IMG/VR virus record: IMGVR_UViG_3300024265_000033
Span: 1-64,000 of that record
DNA: 64,000 nucleotides
Reading direction: 5' to 3' (one strand)
Source of the DNA: a virus
Below are positions 46,776-54,721 of this stretch, piece after piece. The notes beneath the pieces were generated by a model. The model ran no database searches and had not been told where the DNA came from. It saw only the letters and a program-made list of their open reading frames with translations. Position 1 is the first letter of the stretch, and every line of letters begins with the position of its first letter. Position numbers and translations under genes: made by a program.

Positions 46776-47003
46776 TCATTTTTGCTCCTTCACGCCTACG
46801 ACAATGCCGTACAATACGCCGTCTTCAATCATGGGTTTCATATTAGGACGGGCTTCCCACCATTTGGGATCTTTCAACTCCGCTTCGGTAACTCCGGTTT
46901 GTTCCATGAAAACTCCGATATTCATCATAATCTCGTTTGGGGCACCAAAATTCTCAATCGCTTTCAGGGCGGCTTCTTCTATCGCTGCGCTCTTCATTTC
47001 CAA
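46776..47003 (-). CDS. hypothetical protein
   Basis: 75 aa tiling ORF. Confidence 0.5.
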   Translation of the reverse strand: MEMKSAAIEEAALKAIENFGAPNEIMMNIGVFMEQTGVTEAELKDPKWWEARPNMKPMIEDGVLYGIVVGVKEQK

Positions 47004-48145
47004 CTCCCTTTTCGATACAACACCGAGTTCTTGATAAAACTTCTCAAGCTTTCTAATTCTTGGACCCGGAACTTCATTTGCTCTATTGTATCCTTCGACA
47101 CCACTTTTGTCAATGTTTTCTTACTTGACAAATCCCTTCGGAGCTGTTCTATGCGATACTCGACGGCCTTTTGTAGCTGCCTCTTGGTTTCTAGCTGAAC
47201 CTTCATACACGCATTTTCTATCTGAACTTCCCGGGATGGAGCCACAAGTCTTGGCTTGGCGGCGGACTTCCGGGGAGGCTTGCGTAGCTCGCGGGCGGGG
47301 ACCCTACCCCGGCGCGATTTAGCCGACATTTTTTGTAAAATATCATGCCAGAACTTTTTCTTACGGGACTCCTTTGTGGATACTACTTGAAGGCGGGGGG
47401 GCTTATTCTTTTTCTTGGTCGCTACGCTCTTCATCGGAACTACCTTGCAATTCTCACATCTTTCGGGCGGTACGATACGCGACATGCCATATGCGCCCGA
47501 ACAAGCCTCGCATAGCCATGGGAGGTCGTTGGCGGATATGCTTGTTTTTTGCGTCCTATTTGCGTCCTGTTTACGTCCTATTTGCGTTAGGTTTGCGTCA
47601 GGTTCTTGGGATTTACATTTAAGGTCCTTATTTGTATATTTAAGCTCCTTAAATATATATTTAAGCCTCTTAAATATCGGTGTTGGACTCTTTAGGTCAT
47701 GATTCTCTGCAGTTGGGACTCCCATTTTTATGCCGCCCGGGGCTTCTAAACCCTTGCCAGAGGGCGGTCCTAGTTGGTTCTGGGTAGGTTTTTGGGGGCT
47801 ATTTTTGGAAAATAATTTCTTGGTGCAAATATCGCAGTTATTTGAATCTAGTATGCTCTCTTGTCCAACTTTTCGGTGGGTCCATGTATGTTCCGGGCAG
47901 TGTCGGGGAAGTGGCGACCTCGGTGCCTCAGCTATTTGGCCATTTCGCGTATAACCTGTCTGGGTCCCGGCATAAGGGACCTCCGCCATGGAACCGTCTT
48001 GGGACTCCGGTTTTACCGGTTTTGCATGCCGGGGGCTTCGTGCTCCCCTCTTGCGTGGCATACCCAGCAACTTGACAGCTATCTCTCCTCCTATCACAGC
48101 TACACATATACAATATAGTGTATATATTATGGCGATCTCAATCAT
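46994..48145 (-). CDS. mosaic low-complexity protein with N-terminal TM, spanning an origin-like repeat array
   Basis: 383 aa open frame; TM, Cys/His knuckles, basic C-terminal coiled coil. Confidence 0.5.
   Translation of the reverse strand: MIEIAIIYTLYCICVAVIGGEIAVKLLGMPRKRGARSPRHAKPVKPESQDGSMAEVPYAGTQTGYTRNGQIAEAPRSPLPRHCPEHTWTHRKVGQESILDSNNCDICTKKLFSKNSPQKPTQNQLGPPSGKGLEAPGGIKMGVPTAENHDLKSPTPIFKRLKYIFKELKYTNKDLKCKSQEPDANLTQIGRKQDANRTQKTSISANDLPWLCEACSGAYGMSRIVPPERCENCKVVPMKSVATKKKNKPPRLQVVSTKESRKKKFWHDILQKMSAKSRRGRVPARELRKPPRKSAAKPRLVAPSREVQIENACMKVQLETKRQLQKAVEYRIEQLRRDLSSKKTLTKVVSKDTIEQMKFRVQELESLRSFIKNSVLYRKGSWK
47548..47602. repeat. five 11-bp direct repeats
   Basis: tttgcgtccta / tttgcgtcctg / tttacgtccta / tttgcgttagg / tttgcgtcagg. 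Confidence 0.9.
47615..47677. repeat. three tandem 21-bp AT-rich palindromes
   Basis: acatttaaggtccttatttgt / atatttaagctccttaaatat / atatttaagcctcttaaatat. Confidence 0.9.
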
Positions 48146-48414
48146 GTCTCTATACCCCTCTCTATGGGCCTACTCATGCATACCCTATATACGCCCTTCT
48201 CATATGTACACGTTTTTCCCTGTACATACACCCCCTCTTTTTGGGACCTTTGCATATGCCTTTTTGAGGGGCCTTTATCCACATCTGGAGTGGGGTATAT
48301 AGGAAAGTTCTTAATGGCCTTGTATGCAGTACAGCCTCCTCCTATGAGGTAGCCTAGGTACATCCCTATAGCGGCCATATACAGGATTCTAAGCGAAGTC
48401 ATATCGCACCTCAC
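48142..48414 (-). CDS. hypothetical membrane protein
   Basis: 90 aa with N-terminal TM; unusual composition. Confidence 0.4.
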   Translation of the reverse strand: MRCDMTSLRILYMAAIGMYLGYLIGGGCTAYKAIKNFPIYPTPDVDKGPSKRHMQRSQKEGVYVQGKTCTYEKGVYRVCMSRPIERGIET

Positions 48415-48829
48415 AGTGATTTTCCCATAGGAAGGCTGCTATATCGGCGACGTCATAATTGCCCAAATCCCACAGATCCTTTCTATGGCCTGTACGCGTT
48501 GTGAGGATCTTCGCCCCTGAAAAGCTCGTACTGAATTCTAGGCCTATTAGGAAAGGCGTTAATCGACCCGTTTTGTGGACCGGAGCTGTGAAGGCCTTGC
48601 CATGGGTTAGAAAATCCTTTACATGCTGTTCTAAGGCCTGTGTGGAGCGTTCTAGGCCCACGCCTGAGAGTTCCCTGAGTTCCCCCTTCACAACGGCTTT
48701 CCTACGCTTTTGTCGCGCATAATCGAGCTTATTGTAACAAGGCTTGCAATGGGCTTTGATCCTACCAGAGCCGTTCTGATAGTAATCCTCAATAGGTTTG
48801 ATCTGACGGCATGTGATGCAACGCTTCAT
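48389..48829 (-). CDS. Zn-finger protein (HNH/EndoVII-type N-terminal finger, no nuclease motif seen)
   Basis: MKRCITC...K....YY...CKPC; starts just after TGCTATACT. Confidence 0.55.
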   Translation of the reverse strand: MKRCITCRQIKPIEDYYQNGSGRIKAHCKPCYNKLDYARQKRRKAVVKGELRELSGVGLERSTQALEQHVKDFLTHGKAFTAPVHKTGRLTPFLIGLEFSTSFSGAKILTTRTGHRKDLWDLGNYDVADIAAFLWENHCEVRYDFA

Positions 48830-49213
48830 CTATTCAGTATAGCAAATATTCCTTCCATCTCTGCAGCGCGGCAGTGTGCATGGCAGAGTAGGGCTCTCGT
48901 TGCGTGCAGCGAGCCCCCATTTTCCGGTCACTGCATAGTAAAAGTATAGGCGGGCATAGAGATTGTGTAGTGATATCGCATAGATACAACAATACCATCA
49001 CATAAGCGTCACATAAAGAGCGTTTTTCGATTGTTCGAGGTGTATAGTGGCCCTACACTGCCGTAGATTGGTTATGCATCTGAATAGGCTTATATGACAA
49101 TTGAAACGTATAACACCTAACATATGATGTATTAAGTGCGTATTTGGGGGTTAACTACTCATATTCTGTGTGTTGTGGGGAATTGCCACACTTGCCCGTA
49201 ATGTTCACTATTC

Positions 49214-49272
49214 TATACGTTACGCTGGGTTTATGTCCATTATACGTTACGCTGGGTTTATGTCCATTATAC
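49214..49272. repeat. 27-bp tandem repeat in the largest intergenic region
   Basis: tatacgttacgctgggtttatgtccat x2 + tatac. Confidence 0.9.
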
Positions 49273-49278
49273 TTTACA

Positions 49279-49467
49279 TTATGACTGGCTTGGGTTCTGG
49301 CCTTTTTTGGATTTGTTGCCATTTTCGTATTTGTGGAAGGAAACTATGATTTTCCCGTCGATGACCTGCTCCTTGATATATCCATCCTTGAGATATCGAA
49401 TTAGCCATGTTTCTGGCATGGGATCTAGGCCGTAGACATTCTCAACCGTGACGATTGATTTCTTCAT
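49279..49467 (-). CDS. hypothetical protein
   Basis: 62 aa, ATGA overlap. Confidence 0.45.
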   Translation of the reverse strand: MKKSIVTVENVYGLDPMPETWLIRYLKDGYIKEQVIDGKIIVSFHKYENGNKSKKGQNPSQS

Positions 49468-49802
49468 TTCAACACTTTCCCCTCGCCCCTACAATGAGGA
49501 CAAGTTTCGCCTTTCTCTACATTTTCGAAGCTTTCAATCCACGCTGATATCTGGAGGCTGTGAGAATTGATCCCTTTCCCTTGACAAGGCCTGCACTGTC
49601 TCATGGCCGCTTGCTTTATGGTTTTGAGTCGTTTCTTTTTGGCGTCGAAGAATCGTATTTCCAGCGAGCCATTACCATCCTTGATCGGGATTATTCGGTG
49701 ATACTTGACCTTTTTGATATCTATTAGGTCCGCGAAGGCTGAGATGTCTATGTAGGTTTCTCCGGTCTTGGGATCTGTTTGGACGCTGATAGTTTTGCCC
49801 AT
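49464..49802 (-). CDS. hypothetical protein with DnaJ-type Zn finger
   Basis: CRPCQGKG...CPHCRGEG. Confidence 0.6.
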   Translation of the reverse strand: MGKTISVQTDPKTGETYIDISAFADLIDIKKVKYHRIIPIKDGNGSLEIRFFDAKKKRLKTIKQAAMRQCRPCQGKGINSHSLQISAWIESFENVEKGETCPHCRGEGKVLK

Positions 49803-50023
49803 TAGAACCAACACTTCTTTAGGTGATATTTGATTATTGAGCTGATCTTGAAATATCGATTCGAAAAGGCCACAAATCCATCTTTCTCTCCCGAGCTTTG
49901 CCAGCATTCGTCGATCATTGAAAATGCTCTACCGATGGAGTCGTCTTTATCAGTAAATCGTATTTTGTGGACTGAGCCCGTGGTGAGTTCCAAGGTCACT
50001 TTGTATTTCTTTGGTTTGCTCAT
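49802..50023 (-). CDS. hypothetical protein
   Basis: 73 aa coupled ORF. Confidence 0.5.
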   Translation of the reverse strand: MSKPKKYKVTLELTTGSVHKIRFTDKDDSIGRAFSMIDECWQSSGEKDGFVAFSNRYFKISSIIKYHLKKCWF

Positions 50024-50313
50024 ATATCGTCCCTTCGTGCTTCTTCACAATGGTCACACATTGCCCAATAGTTCTTTTCGCCGTCAATATCGGCTGCGTA
50101 GGGATCGAGTCTGACAGATACGTCTGGTTTTTCTCTTCCACAGCATCCACACTTCGTTTTCTTAGCCTCATTCCAAGCTGCTTTCATCACTGTCAAAGTC
50201 TCGGTAGAATATCTGTTCTCAAAGCCTGTGATCCAAGTCTTGAAATCGGAGTCAATATTCGGTGCTATCTCTGTGATCCAATTTCGAGTCCATTCTAGGT
50301 CTACTTTATTCAT
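50020..50313 (-). CDS. Zn-ribbon protein
   Basis: CGCCG...DPYAADIDG...MCDHC. Confidence 0.55.
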   Translation of the reverse strand: MNKVDLEWTRNWITEIAPNIDSDFKTWITGFENRYSTETLTVMKAAWNEAKKTKCGCCGREKPDVSVRLDPYAADIDGEKNYWAMCDHCEEARRDDI

Positions 50314-50327
50314 GACTGATTCCCTGC

Positions 50328-50370
50328 TAAAAGCATCGGGAGACTTCTCTCAATGAGAAAAGCCTCCCGG
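50328..50370 (-). terminator. probable terminator hairpin
   Basis: CGGGAG...CTCCCG stem with inner TTCTC/GAGAA, then GCTTTT on the minus strand. Confidence 0.55.
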
Positions 50371-50387
50371 TTGGTTGGACGTTATGA

Positions 50388-51347
50388 CTAGTTTTTACGC
50401 TTGAGCGCAGCGACTAACGTAGTTGCGTTAATCTTTTGAGCCTCTTGATTTCCAGTAGTAATATTAGTCACATAATGACTGATATTTGATGCGTTAAAGA
50501 TTACATTTTCCGCAACTCTGGCCAAAATCCTTGGGGTCACGAACTTTGGATTGTTACTCAAATAATCGGCCAAGAAGAATCCAAAAAATGTACCAGATCT
50601 TAGTACTTTCAGACTATCGTCAGGCAATTTCTTTTTTCCAGACTCTTTCATCGGTGCGAGCTTGTGAGCCAAGGCTTCTAATTCAGAAAACTTGACTAAA
50701 GCTACTCCGAGTTTCATTTTATTGCTATTTGACAAAGAGATCAAAGAGCCGGGACCTTGAATATCAGCATATCCTGACTCTGTTCGAGCCTTGAAAACTT
50801 GCTGATAATCAACAACTCCGCCATTTTCTAAAATGGTTACTATCGCATAAGCCATCTGTGTAACGAAACCGGCCTTGATATTTTCCCATTCATATTTTCT
50901 AGGTAATGAAGAAAACCCAATAATTTCCTTGATGAGTGATGCTATCGCATAATCTTCATTAGTCCATTTATTTCCTTTGGTATGTCCCTTCGCGGTACCA
51001 ATGTCTGCGTAAGCTTGCATTCCTTCACTCTTTTTGGGAAAATACTGCAAACACACCTTTTGCGCATAATCGAAAGTCGAAAGAGTGCCTTCGTTATGTT
51101 TCAACATAATTGCCCCAACTCTATGATGTCCATCCATTTGAATGTATGAGTTGCCAGAGCCATTAGAAGTCAAAGCAATAGTCCCTAAAGAACTCGGCCT
51201 AAAATCATCCGCGATACCGCGAACTCTTTTCCGGCTTATTCCTTGGAACCCTCTGTTATTTAGATAAGGGTTGAGTTTCCCAGATTCTACCAATGAAACA
51301 ACATCTTCGATTGGGACGATGTTAAATCCCTGTTTTAGTTCGTTCAT
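50388..51347 (-). CDS. ParB/Srx-like (DGxHR) domain protein
   Basis: RGFQ...RVRGIADDFRPSSLGTI...IQMDGHHRVGAI; AGGAG RBS. Confidence 0.7.
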   Translation of the reverse strand: MNELKQGFNIVPIEDVVSLVESGKLNPYLNNRGFQGISRKRVRGIADDFRPSSLGTIALTSNGSGNSYIQMDGHHRVGAIMLKHNEGTLSTFDYAQKVCLQYFPKKSEGMQAYADIGTAKGHTKGNKWTNEDYAIASLIKEIIGFSSLPRKYEWENIKAGFVTQMAYAIVTILENGGVVDYQQVFKARTESGYADIQGPGSLISLSNSNKMKLGVALVKFSELEALAHKLAPMKESGKKKLPDDSLKVLRSGTFFGFFLADYLSNNPKFVTPRILARVAENVIFNASNISHYVTNITTGNQEAQKINATTLVAALKRKN

Positions 51348-51415
51348 GTTTTCTCCTACGAGGAGCCTTTTCCTTTTGACTTTATTGTCTGGAAGGGCTT
51401 CCTCTATTTAATTGA

Positions 51416-51444
51416 ATATTACAACACTCTCTAAAAGAAGTCAA
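51416..51444 (-). promoter_or_regulatory. sigma70-type promoter
   Basis: TTGACT-17 nt-TAATAT. Confidence 0.7.
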
Positions 51445-52202
51445 GTATTTTCTATCCTTTTTTTGGCTATTTCGAAAAAACCAGAATCCAGCTCCACGAT
51501 CACAGCTTTTCTACCTAAGTTCAAGGCGGCCACTCCTGTAGTACCAGAGCCGCCAAATGGGTCGAATATGACATCCCCGGGTTTGGTAGTCAGGTTTATT
51601 ACTTGCTCTGCCAGCTTTACGGGCTTTTGTGTAGGATGTCCGCACTTCTCTGCCTTTTTAAGGGAGAATACCCAATCCACTATCTCTGATATACGCTTTC
51701 TGTCAGCGAGTTCTTCTTTACCGGGCTTCCCTCGCATTACTTTAACAGGGTTGAATTCGGCTTTGCCTTTGGAAAAATAACTGATAGGTTCCCACTCGCG
51801 CTTCATAGTGGTTTTCAAACCCCCTCCGATGGCAAATCTCTTGTTCCAAGCCACAGTGCCTTTGTATTCGAACCCGCATTTTTGGATGAGATCTCCATAT
51901 TTGATTAAAAAGGGCATGTTGTGATGAAGGAACAAAAATGACCCGTCTTTCATGACGCGATGACACTCTTTCCAAAAAGACTCCCACTCAGTGCCTCCTT
52001 GATCGCCATCTATTGCTTTCTCGAATCTTGATTCACTCTCTCCGGTTTTATTCCACGTTTTGTCGCCCGGGATGTTAGACAAATAGTTCATCTCATAAGG
52101 TGGATCGGTGTAGATCAAATCTACGCTAGAGTCTTCCATAATTTTCATATGGTTTTCACTCAAATCGTTGAATAGCTTTATTCCCTTTTTTTCGAAATTC
52201 AT
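51441..52202 (-). CDS. N4-cytosine/N6-adenine DNA methyltransferase (beta class)
   Basis: TDPPY, HPTQKP, DPFGGSGTT. Confidence 0.93.
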   Translation of the reverse strand: MNFEKKGIKLFNDLSENHMKIMEDSSVDLIYTDPPYEMNYLSNIPGDKTWNKTGESESRFEKAIDGDQGGTEWESFWKECHRVMKDGSFLFLHHNMPFLIKYGDLIQKCGFEYKGTVAWNKRFAIGGGLKTTMKREWEPISYFSKGKAEFNPVKVMRGKPGKEELADRKRISEIVDWVFSLKKAEKCGHPTQKPVKLAEQVINLTTKPGDVIFDPFGGSGTTGVAALNLGRKAVIVELDSGFFEIAKKRIENT

Positions 52203-52217
52203 TTCAATCCCTTTGGC

Positions 52218-52658
52218 TTATGCTAATTCTACTTCCTGCATTTTGACTTCTACTTCCCTTATTTCGACCTCAATCAACATCTCGTTTTTCTTTTTGACCT
52301 TCCGAGGCTTGAGGGTCTTCATGGTTATTTCTTTAATCAAATCAGTGTTGACTGCCCTTTTTTCGTCTATTCTAAATATTTTGCGATCTGAATTAAGACC
52401 TAACCACTCTTCAACATAGCCCATGCCATTTATAGTGTGATATTTACTTTTGCAATCGCCTACCATATTAGTGCCGTAGTTCCCATAATCGCGTACCGTC
52501 CCCTCGAATTTCGTGACGATAGGCTTCTTCCCGTTTTTGAACTTTATAGTTACTTCCGCATCCGCCACTTCAAATTCTTGCTCTATGTCCTTAAATATGT
52601 GGTGTTCGACTTTTCTAGTTTTAGGCTTCTCTTTCTTGCCAAATATCCAAAAGCTCAT
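52218..52658 (-). CDS. hypothetical protein
   Basis: 146 aa coupled ORF. Confidence 0.55.
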   Translation of the reverse strand: MSFWIFGKKEKPKTRKVEHHIFKDIEQEFEVADAEVTIKFKNGKKPIVTKFEGTVRDYGNYGTNMVGDCKSKYHTINGMGYVEEWLGLNSDRKIFRIDEKRAVNTDLIKEITMKTLKPRKVKKKNEMLIEVEIREVEVKMQEVELA

Positions 52659-52840
52659 TTCAATTCCTCATCTATAAATTCATGCGCTTTGAGTTCAGTA
52701 TCGAAATAGAGAGTCTCTTCTCTGCCTGCGCCTCCCGGCAAACCCATCCAACGCTTTTTGAGCGTGAACCAAATGAATAGATTCTGATATTCAATGATGA
52801 ACCGGGCATCTTTTGTCCTTGTCACTCTGTATTTACTCAT
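52655..52840 (-). CDS. hypothetical protein
   Basis: 61 aa coupled ORF. Confidence 0.5.
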   Translation of the reverse strand: MSKYRVTRTKDARFIIEYQNLFIWFTLKKRWMGLPGGAGREETLYFDTELKAHEFIDEELK

Positions 52841-53358
52841 TTCAACCTCGTGATTATTTCCTTGGCCTTATTGAAATCAAGGCCGACTTTGCCATCCGTT
52901 TGAACCAAATGTTTCATCAAGTGGGCCATATCGCCATCGTCATCCACTATCACAAAATCGCTGATCTGTTCATTGACTTTGCCATGCTGTTTATGTTCTG
53001 TGAGCCACGATTGAATCTCAAGGCCGCGCACGTCACCTCTTTGAACGGGAGTCTTATCAATAATGGCTTGCGGTATGACTTCCGACCATTTGAATAAATC
53101 TTTTAGAGTATCGACTGTCTCTCCCTTACGCCAAGTGCTTGAAATAACTATTTTGAGATCTGGCACCTCTTCCATAATCATTTCTAAATTACTTGTGGCT
53201 ATCGGACAAAACTCTTGAGCTAGATATCCTTTGAGTGAGCCTTTCCATGCCACAAATAACTCATTCTCCCATTTGTCTTGATCGCGGCGGCGATGCCAAA
53301 ACGTCATTGATTGATGTGAGTTGAGTACGCCGTCGATGTCTAAAAATAATACTTTCAT
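52837..53358 (-). CDS. HAD-family phosphatase (Swiss-Army-knife RNA repair type)
   Basis: FLDIDGVLN, IVISSTWR, RGLEIQSWL, FVIVDDDGD, VQTD..VGL. Confidence 0.9.
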   Translation of the reverse strand: MKVLFLDIDGVLNSHQSMTFWHRRRDQDKWENELFVAWKGSLKGYLAQEFCPIATSNLEMIMEEVPDLKIVISSTWRKGETVDTLKDLFKWSEVIPQAIIDKTPVQRGDVRGLEIQSWLTEHKQHGKVNEQISDFVIVDDDGDMAHLMKHLVQTDGKVGLDFNKAKEIITRLK

Positions 53359-53414
53359 TTCAGCTCCTAACTAAATACTCTCATGTCCTGTCCGTTTTGT
53401 CAAGCTCTACTCCC

Positions 53415-53493
53415 TTACTCAATCTTGAGTAAAAAGCTTCATAATTACTCAAAGTTGAGTAACTTCTTGTAAAGCGTTGTAAAAAGTTGTAAA
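53415..53493. promoter_or_regulatory. two 18-bp palindromes plus three phased TTGTAAA repeats upstream of a TTGACA promoter
   Basis: TTACTCAA-nn-TTGAGTAA at 53415 and 53445; ttgtaaa at 53467, 53477, 53487; minus-strand TTGACA near 53398-53403. Confidence 0.65.
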
Positions 53494-53509
53494 ACCAATA
53501 ATTGGCAAA

Positions 53510-53815
53510 TTACTTAGATTTTTGCCGTTTATTGGTTTTTTCTAGCTCCTTCTTACGAGCCGTGGCGTAGGCTCTAGCTATCCTTTGGCACTCTTCAAAC
53601 TTATCGTGTTTGCCCTCAACCACAACCTCAGTCTTCCCATCGTGTCCGTGCAGTTCCTTTACAGTAGTGACCTTATCGAATACCGTGACGGTGGGATGCT
53701 TTGAGAGCCACGTCATAGCGCACATGCCGGAGTCGTATATAGTGCCTTCTGCTACAACGCCTGTGCCTGAATTGTTGTGGACATCTTCATGTCGCAGTAG
53801 ATAAAATGACTTCAT
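53510..53815 (-). CDS. conserved phage protein of unknown function
   Basis: RHEDVHNNSGTGVVAEG...W...HGHDGKT motif. Confidence 0.7.
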   Translation of the reverse strand: MKSFYLLRHEDVHNNSGTGVVAEGTIYDSGMCAMTWLSKHPTVTVFDKVTTVKELHGHDGKTEVVVEGKHDKFEECQRIARAYATARKKELEKTNKRQKSK

Positions 53816-53843
53816 ATGACCTCCCCGGAACATAATCAGATTG

Positions 53844-54419
53844 TTATCGTGTCATCAAATTAGAAAACGCACGTCTAATAGTGCGCCAAAATCCAGTGGT
53901 TTCGCCACTGTTAAATTTTTCTAGCTTGTTGGCTAGTTCTTCTTGCTTTCGGAAGTGAAACGTCACATTCTTTTCAAGGGTTCTGATGTACTCACTGACT
54001 TCTTGGACTTTTTCATCAGGCCTCTTATAAAATACCTTGCCTGCTAATACAGTCATTGTGCCGGGTTTCAAATCTCTTGTAGCCTTCACAAACTGCACCT
54101 TATCCACTCCATTGTCTCGGCACCATGCGTCAAAGAGCCTGTGATGCTGAGTCTCAAATACATCGTTGATCTCGTCCATTGCGGAGTTGGCAACATCCAA
54201 CACTGCTTTTTGTTTATCGGATAACCCGGCTCGGAATTTTGCATTGTGAGCTGCGGCGTGGGCGTGGGGATTCATATTGCCTGCTACAGGCGTAATCTCA
54301 AACTCTCCCGGGGGCTTGATGCTCAGCTCTACCATTTCCTCTGCAGTAGTTTTCTTCGCGGCCTTGCCCTTAGCCTTTTTCTTAATAGTTTTGCTTTTCT
54401 TAGTTACTCGTACAGGCAT
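53844..54419 (-). CDS. hypothetical protein with Lys-rich N-terminus
   Basis: 191 aa; AGGAG RBS. Confidence 0.6.
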   Translation of the reverse strand: MPVRVTKKSKTIKKKAKGKAAKKTTAEEMVELSIKPPGEFEITPVAGNMNPHAHAAAHNAKFRAGLSDKQKAVLDVANSAMDEINDVFETQHHRLFDAWCRDNGVDKVQFVKATRDLKPGTMTVLAGKVFYKRPDEKVQEVSEYIRTLEKNVTFHFRKQEELANKLEKFNSGETTGFWRTIRRAFSNLMTR

Positions 54420-54428
54420 AATTCTCTC

Positions 54429-54674
54429 CTATGCTACTTCTACTTCAAGTTCTTCGATCATTCTAAGATCTTCAGCGTCAAGCTCTTCATATCTATCGTT
54501 GATACGACGAAGCTCATCAAGCGTGAATTGTCTATCACACGCATCTTGCATATAAAGATCCACATCTTTATCGTCATGAAATATTGATTTTTCGCAGTCC
54601 GGACATCGAACATTATAAATGCTGTCATCCAGTACCAAACTATCTTCTTCTTCTATCATTATCTTGTGTGCCAT
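54429..54674 (-). CDS. acidic hypothetical protein with Zn ribbon
   Basis: CPDC...C; GGAGG RBS before MAHK. Confidence 0.5.
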   Translation of the reverse strand: MAHKIMIEEEDSLVLDDSIYNVRCPDCEKSIFHDDKDVDLYMQDACDRQFTLDELRRINDRYEELDAEDLRMIEELEVEVA

Positions 54675-54721
54675 CTTACTTACCTCCATTGGGATCAGTA
54701 TCTCAAACCCGGTGCAAATAG

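Noticed and set aside
48389-48829. HNH homing endonuclease / mobile element
   Set aside because: Only the N-terminal Zn finger is present; no HNH or EndoVII catalytic motif follows
47548-49272. Repeats as a CRISPR mini-array
   Set aside because: Units are directly adjacent with no unique spacers
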